DNA from: Octopus vulgaris
Lineage: Eukaryota
Assembly (NCBI GenBank): GCA_951406725.2
Contig: OX597837.1
Location: 17,484,001 to 17,548,000, forward strand
Length of the DNA stretch: 64,000 nucleotides
Direction: 5' to 3'
Shown: in pieces, positions 50,328-62,438 of the stretch
Numbering within the stretch: the first letter of the stretch is position 1
Layout: each line of letters begins with the position of its first letter
Made by a program: the position numbers and the translations under genes
The notes under the pieces: generated by a model
Database searches by the model: none
Told to the model about the DNA's origin: nothing
Seen by the model: the letters and a program-made list of their open reading frames with translations, nothing else

Positions 50328-50989
50328 CTTACTTATAAGAGTGAATGATAAAGACGATGAATCGGCCAAGGAACCGACAGGAAAATGTCATGTGCGCATA
50401 CATAAGGTGCAAAAGGAACATATTCATGATGCATGCGCAAAATGTGACTTAGCGTGGTATGTGTGCACCAGATTCAAGTGATGTCTACGATGCATGTGCA
50501 CTCTTCTAATAGGCCTGCAAGATGCACTTGTATGGAAGAACATCATGCACCCATACTTACAGTGAAGTCTATCGAAAATAAATAAGGCATGAGCTTTCAT
50601 ATAAGTGGGTCTGTGGGAATGTGATATGAACAATGATATAAATAGCTTGCAAAAATACATATACAGTTTGTCATCGTGCCGCTGTGTCCTAAATGAATAT
50701 TAAGTTGGGTAGGCTGTGGGGAAATCTGCGCACTGTAAAAATTCTACGGTTTAGCTACATGTATTGTCTGTAGCCATGTCAATGTGTGTGCGCACGCACA
50801 CATCAAATAAATCAAAATTAAATGCAAAATAAATCCATCAGAGAGAAAGGAAATAGAAGGAAATACTTGTTGCTTGGTGATAGAGGTGTTTAAAACAGTT
50901 GATTAATAACAATTTAAATGAAATAAGACTATTTCTTTAATGCGAAAATAACGGTGCCGCTTTAGCGTGCGGTCTACCTTAGCGTAATT

Positions 50990-51042
50990 CTAACCCTAAC
51001 GTAACCTTAAACCCTAACCCTAATCCTAACCTATATCACGTC
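50990..51042. repeat. short telomere-like (CCCTAA)n patch
   Basis: TAACCCTAACGTAACCTTAAACCCTAACCCTAATCCTAACC-TATATCACGT. Confidence 0.7.
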
Positions 51043-52469
51043 GTTTTACTGCGTTGACAACGAACACTGCAGTCGAACGGATGCTAGAATAGTAGCGAAA
51101 TAGCGGATAAAAAGTGTCTAAGACAGTTTATTTCCATAAACCATTACAGTCGTCATTTGATTTTGGTGATTCTAGAATTTTGTAGAGAAATTGTAATTCC
51201 ACGTATTTTCCCCTTTGTTCACCCCCTGGTAGTGCTGCTGTGTCTCGCGTAACAGGTGGCTGCCGTTTCATAGTTGGTACTGTTATTTCTGACTGAAGCA
51301 AGGCGGCAATGAAGTCGAAAATTGGCTTCAAGTTGTGAAAAACAGTAAGCTATATCCACAATTAGAAGGAAAACAAAAAACAGCTTTATGTTAATAGTTG
51401 ATTTAAAAAGCTGATGTAGTTAGTTTGACTATAGTTATAGCAACAAGTCAAAACACAGCTTGAAATTTTCATGTCGTAAAATAAAAAAAAATACCACAGA
51501 TCCATGAAGGAAATAATTACTGAACTTGTAAATGAACGTGGTGTTCTGCCATAAAAAATGCGTGTTCAATTAGAAAAATATCTGTTTGAAAGTTTTCAGG
51601 TCAAAATTTTAATAGGCTTATTTGTAGCTGTTAAATCAGAAACATGAGTACTTCAGTTTTGTTTTTTCGAAGTTCAGGGGTCATCTTCAATTGTGATAAT
51701 TTTGTTTTACAAAGTCAAATATGTTGTAGAATATGTTATAGAAATTATACACATACGTTTGTAAAGTTTGTAAAGTTAAGTTTACCAGTTAAGTTTTATG
51801 GTCAGTTGTATTTAAAAAAAAAAAGCTAAATGGTTTGTATTTTTTGTTGTTTTTTTACCTGGTAAAAGTTAATCTGTCAAAGTGATCGATGTTCACAAGC
51901 TGTGTTGTGTCATGAATATAATGACAATAAGAGAATATGCAACTCCAGTACTTTGGGGAAAATTCTTAGTATATTTTTGCCTACATTTATCCTAAATTAT
52001 CCAAGCACATTGCGTTTGTGGTGCTACGATGTTGAAATATAGCGAGAGTGCTTCTGTCTTCCTATTATGATTTTAATAAATAAAATTGTTTCATCAGGGT
52101 TTTAGCGAAAAATTCATAAAATAACGTGGCTACAGGGAGACATTTTTTTTTTTTTGAGAAAATATTTCAAATTGATTATGGAATCGTCTCAGGATATGAG
52201 TCTAAAACAAATACAGCATCAATGTTGATCTGTACCCATGTCGTCGTCGTCGTCGGACTCAAACAAATAGGCTGTTTCACGGATTTTGTTTACGTTTATA
52301 CGTAAATTCCGGGATTTTCACTAATTTTTTATTACATAACTTCTATTAGTCCAGTAAAGCAGATAATCCAATATCTCCGAAAAAAATTACATTCTCCTCT
52401 GTGTGAGCGTGTGTGTGTGTGTGCGTGCGCGCGTGCATGCGTGCATACGTGTGTGCAGGCATAGGATTA

Positions 52470-52640
52470 TCTAGTATATATAAATAACAGTATGTGTGTG
52501 TATAATGACTAACGCATACATTTCCACAATTCTCAACTGATTTTCACCGAACTTTACACACACATTACTTATTTCCCAAAGATGGTCATGCACTATAACA
52601 TTTTGCCCAGAGCTACCGCGTTAAAGGACAAACCGGGAAA
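52470..52640 (+). mobile_element. possible Helitron 5' end
   Basis: TCTAGTATATATAAATAAC..GTGTGTG..CAACTGATTTTCACCGAACTTTACAC resembles the 40.2 kb end. Confidence 0.35.
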
Positions 52641-53489
52641 ACGGTGGTTTACATGGGGTTTTCTCTAATTTATTGTATGTGTATAGTTTTTTTTGTATCT
52701 AGGGTCTTCCATACATTTTTAATCTATATGCTCGTATATGGGCATTACAGAATATTGCTTAGTGGTTTTCACATTTATTTATTTATTATTTATTTATATG
52801 TTGTCATTGTGTATTATTACTTGGTTAAAGAAAATTATAAAAGTGAAAGGATTTTGTCCATTTATCTATTTCGACTGTCCACCTGCGACGGTTATTAAAT
52901 TGATTAGGAACACTGTACGCGATGAATATCCAATACCAAACAATCTTAATCTCCATATTTAAACTGCATTAAACTTTGGCAAGCTTACCTTTACCTGTTC
53001 TGAGTTATTTCAAAGGTAATGTTCCCTTCTCTCTCTTCTATTTGATGAAGCCTTTGTTTACCTACCAAAGTGCTGTTTCACTTTAAGGATGCTTATTTAC
53101 CCATCCATTATGATATTTCGAACGCGACATCTTTTCACTGCGGACTACTAAAGATTCAAAGCAGTATTCCTGAACACTCTTCATGTCTTCATTTTTCGTT
53201 ACCTGAAGTCAATTTCAGAGTGGTCGTACACTGTCAGCACGTAGCAAATACATTCCTTTAACTCTCCTTTTTCAAGTAGGTATTATATTGTCATTTTTGA
53301 ACGTACCAATCATACTTCTCCCCGAAAAATAGCTCCCTTTGCTACTGAATAAATTAAACTCGCAGAAGAGAAGTTTCAACGTCTTTCTTCAATTTCCTCA
53401 CACCATTTATGCAGCTGTTTCTGACAAGAAATTTCGCTTTCATGTAAAACAACTATATTTTGTAATCATTATCCGTAATCTACTTCCAG

Positions 53490-53724
53490 CTTCCGAGTTC
53501 GATTCCAGGCAGTGACTTTAATAATGATAATAATAACAACATCGAAAAACCCTTTAGGAATGAGAACCTAGGTTCAAAATTTCCCCAAGACACCTGATGA
53601 AGGCTGGAGGGTATATCAGCCGAAACGTTGTGTTAACAACAAACAAGATGAGGACAAGTATCCGTCAAATATAAATAATGTAAATAATGTGTATAATTCC
53701 TCATCTCTTAAATATAGAACTGTA
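53490..53724 (+). mobile_element. short repeat with B-box motifs and a hammerhead
   Basis: GAGTTCGATTCC at 53495, GGTTCAAAAT at 53571, HHR at 53589-53634; 3' part repeated at 28222-28356. Confidence 0.7.
53589..53634 (+). ncRNA. type I minimal hammerhead ribozyme
   Basis: GACAC-CTGATGA-a-GGCTG-gagggtatat-CAGCC-GAAAC-GTT-GTGTT; loopless ACGT stem III. Confidence 0.8.
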
Positions 53725-53726
53725 TT

Positions 53727-53895
53727 ATACATACATACATACATACATACATACATACATACATACATACATACATACATACATACATACATACATACAT
53801 ACATACATACATACATACATACATACATACATACATACATACATACATACATACATACATACATACATACATACATACATACATACATACATACA

Positions 53896-53985
<90 letters not shown>
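53727..53985. repeat. (ACAT)n plus (AT)n microsatellite
   Basis: direct reading. Confidence 0.97.
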
Positions 53986-53988
<3 letters not shown>

Positions 53989-54031
53989 TTGTTGTGCAAG
54001 ATATTTGATGTGAAGTCGTGTGTTGAAACAG

Positions 54032-54315
54032 ATATTGTTGTATTTCGGAATGGTCATTTTGCCAGTTTAGCCAATAAAAACACACGCACTATATATTTGG
54101 TGTTACTTTGCTACAGTGTTATTTATTTTTTACATTAATCTTAATCTTATTTCGGCCAGAGTTCTTTCGTCACACTCCTGTGACCGCATCAGTGGTCCTT
54201 TGCTTTCTTCTTTCTTATTTGTGTCTCTCCTTACTAACCGTCGGCCATTTTGTATATAGTGCGTGTGTTTTTATTGGCTAAACTGGCAAAATGACCATTC
54301 CGAAATACAACAATA
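54032..54315. mobile_element. fold-back PLE-LTR-like fragment (about 63-bp IR) enclosing a variant HHR at 54154-54198 on minus
   Basis: 54032-54095 versus 54253-54315; minus strand CCA-CTGATGC-g-GTCAC-aggagt-GTGAC-GAAA-GAA-CTC-TGG. Confidence 0.7.
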
Positions 54316-54329
54316 TATATATATATATA

Positions 54330-56180
54330 TAACGGGAAGCTTTATGAAAATAAACAAAAGACGAAGGCAAGTGGAGTACAAACAAACAATTGTATTAGTA
54401 TGGCGCTCAGGAATATAAATAAAACAAGTCTTTTACGTTTCGAGCCTACGCTCTTCAACAAAAGGATACACAGAAAGATACACAGAAAAGAAACACGGAG
54501 AGAAACAAGGAAAGAAAAAAATGCGTGCAAAAGCTAGCGATTCAACATGGCGATCTGATTCTGGCCAGAAGTCAGAGATCAAACGTGAGACGCAAGAGCG
54601 AAAATAGGGGAGATAACAGAGTCAAATGACTTCGCCCCAACATAATGGTGCGTGTGTGTATGAGAGAGTATGTGGTGCGTATGAAAGGTCTGGACGTGTG
54701 TATGTATGATGTGATGTGTAATGTCGTGTGGTGTAGTGTAGAGAGGGGAGATGAGGGGGAGAGTGAGAGAGAGAGGGGAGGGTGAGGTAGGAGAGGGGAG
54801 GGGAGGGGGAGATGGGAAGAGATGAGGGGAGGGGAGGAAAGAGGAGGAGGGAAGGGGAAGGGGGAGAAAGAAGGAGATGAGAAGAGGAGGGGTGGGAAAG
54901 GAGGGGAGAGGAGGAGGGGAGGATAGGGGGGAGAGAGAAGGGGAGTGAGGGAGCAGAGAGAAAGAGAGAAGGGGAAGAGGGAAGAAGAAAGAGGAAAGAA
55001 GAGGAGGGAAGAAGGGAAGAGGAGGGAAAGAGAGTAGGGGTGAAAAGATGAAGGACCGAAGAGAAGTAGAAGTCGCGGGGGAGGTTAGATGAGGAGGGGG
55101 GAGAGTTGAGACCAAATGGCGCAAAAGAGCGAAGAGAGAAGATTAATCCCTGTTCACGGCGCAAACGGGAATCCGGATGGCCTCTGTGCAAGGACAAACC
55201 GAACACAGACAGGTATTGCAAGGAGTGACCGGTGGAGCGGAAATGGCGTGAGACCGGTGTGTCGTTGGCAAGGCGGATGTCACGGAGGTATTCCGCGAAC
55301 CGGTCAGCCAAGCGGCGTCCCGTTTGTCCGATGACCAGGGAATGGCAGAGAGAGCAAGAGATGCAATAGATGATATTACTGGAGGTGCAGGTGAAGGAGT
55401 TGATGATGCGATAGGTCGATGATGGGTGCCAGTGAGGAGGGTGGTGTTGAAGAGGTAAGGGCAAGTGTGGCAACGTGGGCGGGAGCAGGGGAACGAGCCA
55501 GGTTTGGAGGTAGGGTTGGGGAAGAAGCTGTGGACCAAAAGGTCTCGTAGGTTATGGGCTTTTTGAAGGAGGGGAGGGGTCGGTTAGGGAAGAGGTGTGA
55601 AGTGGACGGGTCGGACTGGAGATGCCGGAAAGCTCGAAGAATGGTGCGTTGGAGAGGTAGGGTCGTGGGGTGGTAAGTGAGGGGAAAAGGGAGGCGGGAG
55701 ACTACAGGGCGGGTTCGGGGGGAGAGAGCAGATGCACGGTCTACGGAACGTGCTCTGGCAAGGGCGGTGTGGATAGTGGTGAGGGGGTATCCACGTAGGA
55801 TGAAGTGGCGAGCTATGCATTGAGACTGAGTCTCAAAGTCATGGTCGTCATTACAGAGCCTACGTAGACGGAGGAATTGGGAATAGGGGATGGAAAGCTT
55901 GGTGTGTTTTGGGTGGGAGGAAGAGAAGTTTAGGTATGAGTGTGAGTCTGTGTGTTTGTAGTGAATGGAGGTGGTAAGAGTGGAGTGATGAATGCTGACC
56001 GAAATGTCGAGGAAGGAGACAGAGGAATTGGAGATAGTGGAGGTGAAGTGGAGGGCAGGATGGAAGGATTGAACGAAAGAGAGGAAGGAATCTAGATGTT
56101 CATGGGAGAGTGAGGTGGCACCGATAATGTCGTCAATGTAACGACCGTATAGTTCGAGAGTGGGACCAGTGAAATTAGAG
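54330..56180 (-). mobile_element. 5'-truncated Penelope-like element (Neptune-type) with 3' pLTR
   Basis: RT ELYGRYIDDII near 56120-56157; linker PCSRPRCHTCP; GIY-YIG TCTSSNIIYCISC..VIGQTGRRLADRF; purine-rich tract on plus at 54740-55105; HHR-like motif at 54430-54465. Confidence 0.9.
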
Positions 56181-56199
56181 AATATATATATACATATAT

Positions 56200-56295
56200 A
56201 CGACGGGCGTCTTTCAGTTTCCGTCTACCAAATCCACTCACAAGGCTTTGGTCGGCCCGAGGCAATAGTAGAAGACACTTGCCCAACGTGCCATA
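56200..56295 (-). mobile_element. SINE 3' fragment
   Basis: CTTTCAGTTTCCGTCTACCAAATCCACTCACAAGGCTTTGG. Confidence 0.75.
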
Positions 56296-56342
56296 TATAT
56301 AGGTTGCAAAGAGTATTCGAGAATACTTTAACATTTAATGGT

Positions 56343-56560
56343 GGAGGCGTGTGGCTTAGTCGTTAGGGTGTTGCACTCATAATTTTAAGATTGTGTTTTT
56401 GATTCCTGGATTGGGCGACGTGTGCTGTTATTGAGCAAAATGCTTCATTTCAATCCAGTCCACTCAGCTGGCAAAAATGAGTAATCCTGTGATGGACCGG
56501 TGTCCCATCCAGGTGGAGAATATATACGCCACTGAAGCCAGGAAACGGATTCTATGAGTC
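56343..56560 (+). mobile_element. tRNA-derived SINE (Meta/V-domain-like)
   Basis: A-box GTGGCTTAGTCGTTAG, degenerate B-box, CCTGTGATGGACCGGTGTCCCATCCAGG. Confidence 0.6.
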
Positions 56561-56659
56561 TATATTTCGATATTTAATTATCAGTATAGGACTCACGTCA
56601 ATCCAATTAAAAAATGTTTTTTTTATTTCTTTTAGATCCCCACTAGCAGAAAAATGTTA

Positions 56660-56805
56660 GTGTGGTAAGTAGCTTGCTTCGCAACCACATGGTTCCGGGT
56701 TCGCTAGCACTGTTTGACACCTTGGGTAAGTTTCTTATATTATAACCTCGGGCCGACCAAAGCCCTCTGAGTGGATTTTGTAGACGCAACTGAAAGCCCG
56801 TCGTA
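56660..56805 (+). mobile_element. tRNA-derived SINE
   Basis: GTGGTAAGTAGCTTGCTT..GGGTTCG..CACCTTGGGTAAG; family of 20550-20700. Confidence 0.75.
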
Positions 56806-56817
56806 CACATATAGCTT

Positions 56818-59800
56818 TGTTAAGCTATACACAAACAAACTAGCGGAGACGAGAATATATTTATCAAAGGTTTATTACTTTACGCACATCAGGGCTTAAG
56901 TCGCAAGTTGTTTCTGTTTAGTTCATTCAGATTCATTTAGTGCTTACTGCAAACATTATTTTGTTTCACATCTCTCTCCGGAAATCCACTTCGCTGCAGA
57001 CCAACTCCCTACCTAACCCACAGCGAAGTTCCTATTCGTCTGTCATGAATCCTGTCCTACATAGCTCCCCCACCCCAAAATTCTTGACTGTTATTCGAAC
57101 CGGGAAGGTGTTTTGATTGTCCTGTCTATGCGTGTGGTTACTCGGTTCTTTGGTGACTGTTCCTTGTCAAGGGTTGGTGTGATCTGCTTAGGGCGGCCCC
57201 TGTTTGGTGGTTGGGCTACCTGAATGGGGCTTTCGATATTGAGATGGGCCGGTTTCAACTTATCTATAGAGACTGTCTTGTCGTCCGCCAATTAAGAGTT
57301 GAAATAATTTATCTTCTGGATGTATGATTTCACATGGACCATCGTAGGGTGACTGGAAGGGTCTTCGTCGTGTGTCATGTCGAACGAACACAAAGTTAGC
57401 CGTGTGGAGGTCGTTTGGTACAGATGGTCTGGGTGTACCATGTGTCGACATGGGAACAGGGGATAACTGACCTACGCCGTCTCTCAGTTGAGCGAAGTAC
57501 CTTTTGACATCCAGGTCTGACTTCGTATTCGGAAGGAATTCTCCTGTCACTGTAAGAGGGGCACCATACACCATTTCTGCGGAGGAAGTGTTGAGATTTT
57601 CTTTTAGGGCGGTGCATCACCCATGGTGGTGCATCATTCTCAGCATCATCCATGGGAGTTATCAACCCAATTTGGCCCGTTAAGTCTGGTTGTCAGGGAT
57701 TCCTTCAGGCGGCGGTGAAATCTCTCCACTAATCCGTTGGCCTGTGGGTGGTAGACTGTTGTGCGGTTCATTGTGATTCCAAAAAGGACACACATGTCAT
57801 TCTACAGCTTTGAGGTGAATTGTGGACCCCGATCGGATGAGATGCTGTCTGGGACACCGTGACGAGCGACCCGGTTTGCGACGAGGGCTCGGTTGACTTG
57901 TGTTACCGTGCTGCGGGGAGGGACAGCCTCAAACCAACGGGTGTAGCAATCTACCAAGGTCAGTGAATACGAGCAACCCTGTGAAGGTGACGGGGGGGGG
58001 GGGGCAACAAGATCAATGTCGACATGGCTGAATCGGGCCTGAGGTGGTTCGTAGTTGCCGAGGGGTGTTTTGGTGTGTTGATGGACCTTGGCTTGTTGAC
58101 AGGGGATGAAGGTCCTAGTCCAGTCCCCGATTTACTTGGCCATACCGTGCCAGATAAATTTGCTTCACAGCAGCCGCTGTGTGGCTTTAGTATCTGGGTG
58201 GGAAAGTCCATGAATGACGTCGAAACCTTTTTTCCGCCAGGCTGATAGGACGATCGATCGTGGCTTCCCAGTGGATACGTCACACAGTAGGGTTGTGCTG
58301 TTAGAGCCAAAGTGTACATTCTTCAAAGAAAGTGATGTGAGGGCAGTGCAATAGGCTCTGACCTCGTCATCTGTCTGTTGGGCTGCAGCCATAGCCTCGT
58401 AATCCAGGTCTATTGGGGCTAGGTAAGTGTGAGAGCAGGTAATAGCATGAGTGAGTGCGTCAGCAACTATGTTGCCCTTGCTGGCTATGTGTTAGATGTC
58501 TGTGATGTACTCAGATATGGCCGATAGCTGTCGTTGCTGGCGTGCAGACCAATGCTCCAAGGACTCGCTCTTGTCAAAGGTACGTGGTTTGTGGTCTGTG
58601 AATACTGTAAACGTACGGCCTTCAAGGAAATAGCGAAAGTGGCAGACACCTAAATGGATAGCCTGTAGTTCCCTGTCAAAAGCACTGTATTTCTGTTCAG
58701 GGAGTCGTAGTTGGCGACTGAATAAGGCGAGCAGTCGCCACTGACTGTTGATGTGTTGTTCCAAGACGCCCCCAATGTCTGTGTCGGATGCGTCAACTGT
58801 GAGTGCAGACCAAGCTGACATATGAGGATGGGACAGCATGGCTACTTTAACCAGGGCTTGTTTTGTGGTTTCGAAGGCTGAAGTCATTGCACAATCCCAC
58901 TCCACCTGTCGTTTTGAACCTTGAACCTTCTTTTGACAATACCTTGTATAGGGGTCTCATCACCCTTGCTGTAGAAGGGATGAATCGATGGTAAAAGTTT
59001 ACCATGCCCACGAATTGGTGTAGAGCCTTGCTTGTGGTGGGGCGTGGAAAGGATAGGATAGCTTTCACTCTTTCTGGCAGGAGTGTAGCGCCGGGACCTG
59101 TGATTTGATGTCCGAAGAAGTCGATTTCTGTCACACCAAAAATGCACTTGGCGGGGTTGATTATTAAACCATACTGTTCCAGCCTATCAAAGAGTCACTA
59201 GGTGCTTCTTATGTATCTCCGCATTTTGGCTTGCAATAAGGATATCATCTAAGTATGCAAAGACAAAATCGAGACTTCTGCACCGTGTTGGAAGGATTGT
59301 GCTGCGTTTTTCAGCCGAAAGGGTGTACGTAGGAATTCGTACAAACAAAAAGAAGTGATCACAGCGGTTTTCGGTACATCGTTGTCTTGTAATGGTATTT
59401 GGTGGTATCCTCGGATGAGGTCAACCTTCGAGAAAACCGAGCACCCGGCTAACTGCGTTGAGAAATCCTACATGTGTGGAATGAGGTAACGGTCAGGTGT
59501 CATATCTGCATTGAGACGGCGGTAATCTCCGAAAGGTCGATAACCTCTGTTGGTATTGGGGGCAGGAGGACTTCTTGATCAGCGAACTATGCCCAATGCT
59601 GCCATACTGTCGAACTCGGCCTTTGCGATTGCAAGTTTGTCTGGTGATAGACGACGTACCCGGTTGCGCACTAGCGGGGGGACGGTGGTGGAGATGTGGT
59701 GTGTCACCCCGCGGCGGGCTGTAGGTTTGGAGAAAGTCGGAGTGGTGAGATTGGGGTAACTTGCAAGAAGATTTGAGAATTCGTTCTCCGTCAGCGAAAC

Positions 59801-61030
59801 GATTGCTATGCGGAGGACGGCATGTGCAGATGTTGCCAGAGACACGGAAGCGTATGTGTTGTTGTCGATGAGTCGTCTGCCTCGCAAATCAACCAGTAAC
59901 AAGTGTGCACGAAGAAATTCTGCCCCGATAATGGGCAGATGGACATTGGCGATGGTGAATGCCCATGTTTCTTTTTGTGCGCCAATGTTGAGAGAAAGGG
60001 TGTGGCGACCGTATGCCTCGATTGTGGACCCGTTGGTGGCTGCTGAATGTTGACTCCGCTTTCTGTAACGGAGGTCCCTTGCTGACGCCGGGATCACGCT
60101 GACTTCTGCTCCTGTATCGATTAGGAACCTACGTCTGGAGCTCTGATCGCGGACATAGAGGAGTATTTGATCATGTCTGCCGGCTATCAGGGCGTTCAAT
60201 GGCAGCCGGCCCAGGAGTTTCCCTGGGTCAATGGTGAAGGGGTCCCGAAGTTACGTGGTTGTTTGCACTTCGTAGCCTTTTTCCTGAACTTTGCGTGATA
60301 GAAGCACAGGTCATTGCTTAACTCTACGATGTCTCTGGGTCGGCCCTATGGCGTTGACCATAACAACTCTGGATAAAGAATGTTTGTCTGCTGCCTTCGC
60401 TAATTGCCGCTGGTCCTTTATTCTGGTCTGAGTTATGAGGGCTTGCGGAGGAATATTTCCCTAAACATAAAAGGTGACTCACCGGTGGGGAAGGGGAATA
60501 ATGCCAACATCTTGTCCATCAGTTCCGAAAGCTTAGAATCGCCTAATTCTTCCTCCAGTATCTTGGCTGAAGCTTCTCGTTCACTGCGTCGGAATGTATC
60601 CACTTGCCTGTTTTTCATTATGGCGGATTTGTGAGTTGGTGTGGGTTGGATTAAATTATCCAGCACCCTCGTTGCAGTATCCTCATCTACTGTCGTTACA
60701 ACGTACGAATATTTTGTTTGGTCGGCCGTTCCTTTGCTTATATTGAATTGGACTTCTGCCTGCGTGAACCATAGTTCACCCCCACCTTAGGCCAGAACAA
60801 ACGAGTGGAACCGAGAATACATTTATCAAAGGTTTATTACTTTACGCACATCAGGGCTTAAGTCGCAAGTTGTTTCTGTTTAGTTCATTCAGATTCATTT
60901 AGTGCTCACTGCAAACATCATTTTGTTTCACCTCTCTCTCCGGAAATCCACTTCACTGCAGACCAACTCCCTAGCTAGCCCGCAGCGAAGTTCCTGTCTA
61001 CAATTCGTCTGTCATTAATCCGGCCCTACA
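56818..61030 (-). mobile_element. Ty3/Gypsy LTR retrotransposon, degenerate
   Basis: LTRs 56818-57061 and about 60811-61030; PPT at 57066-57076; gag WFTQAEVQF; protease LIDTGAEVS; RT YLDD near 59250; RNase H VDAS, TDHKP; integrase SDRG, NGLVERFH. Confidence 0.93.
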
Positions 61031-61064
61031 CACACACGTGTGTGTGCGTGCGTGCGAGCGCGCG

Positions 61065-61230
61065 CGTTTATATCCCCGTAACCTAGCGGTTCAGTACAAG
61101 TGATCAATAGAATAAGTACCAGGCTTAAAAAGAAAATTAGTACTAGAGTCGAGTCATTCGTCTAAAAGCTTTTTCAGCACGGAGCCCCAGCATGGTCAGA
61201 GTTTAACGACTGAAACAAGTAAAAGATTGT
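61065..61230 (+). mobile_element. SINE remnant
   Basis: AATAAGTACCAGGCTT..CCCCAGCATGGTC..ACTGAAACAAGTAAAAGA. Confidence 0.5.
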
Positions 61231-61329
61231 TGTCATATGTACGGAATACAGCGATTTAGAATTTGTCAACTTTCTAAATGTTACAAGATCTTTTGTACAT
61301 AATGCTCAGATTCGATTGGAAGCCTCTGG

Positions 61330-62130
61330 TGGGAATACATCAACCGTATCAAAAAGAAAAGGAAACATTCAGATACTATAAGGACATTGCAATTTATCCA
61401 CCGTGCAAGACATTATTTATGATGATATGGGGAAATTATTTAGAGTGAATGCCAAAGGACTGCTAGTATCAGAATGGGCTGTCAAAATTGCGGTGCATGA
61501 GGACATTCGAGCTGTATACACTGAGGAGAAGTCAGTTCATGTTTACACAGGCACAGGAAAACCATTTAATCTGTTCTAAGTGATACTTAACAAGGTTATG
61601 CAACAGAATGATTGTGCTGATTATGTGCACAACATTCTGACGTCACCAGAGTGATGCACACTAAGTTATCAGCAGCCGTGATGACTTTAGAGGTTATGAA
61701 TAATGAGTATCATATTATGCAGTCTCACATTTTCCCATGGGGTATTAGAATTAATGCTGCTGGATACGTTGAAGTGCTGGAGAAATTGTTAAGACCTGGA
61801 TGGACGAAGTATAAAGTTTCAAAAGATTCATTACTTTCTCACAACCCCATGTAACTCAAAAATGGATGTAAGACAATCTTTACGATCATGTAACACCAAA
61901 CGTGTGGCCTTCAAAGTAGTCAGATTTAAATTTTATGTACTAAAACGTTTGGAGTGTTGTTAAAAGGGAGACAAATTGACACCCTCGCAATGTCATAGCT
62001 TCACTTAAGGCTGCTATTGTCTAGGTAATGTCTTATAACAAGAATAAGTAGCATTTTTGTGCAGGTAAGCCGACGATTTAAGTGCCGCATTAAAACAGTC
62101 ATTGAAGCTGAAGGTGGATTCATAGAATAA
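61330..62130 (+). pseudogene. Tc1/mariner transposase remnant (DD37D/maT-like)
   Basis: TKLSAAVM..HIFPWGIRINAAGYVEVL; WPS..SDLNF..VWSVV (SPDLNPLD-like); ends RIKTVIEAEGGFIE*. Confidence 0.7.
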
Positions 62131-62242
62131 TCTTATAAAAAAAGCTTATCGAGAACATGTACAAAAGTTTCTATTAAAACATTTACTTTTTGCTAGATTA
62201 AAATTGTCTTATTGAATTGCCAATTATGCCCTCTCGCTCCCT

Positions 62243-62395
<153 letters not shown>

Positions 62396-62438
62396 TGAGT
62401 GAGTATGTGTATGTGTGTGCGTGAGTGCATATATGTGC

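Noticed and set aside
53616-54138. YI/MYVC/HT/CV/poly-I/poly-H ORFs here and at 3.6, 18.9, 22.6, 28.3, 38.7 and 62.2 kb
   Set aside because: Translations of microsatellites
54579-55124. Pro/Ser/Leu-rich 181-aa ORF
   Set aside because: Translation of the low-complexity purine/pyrimidine tract in the PLE 3' region
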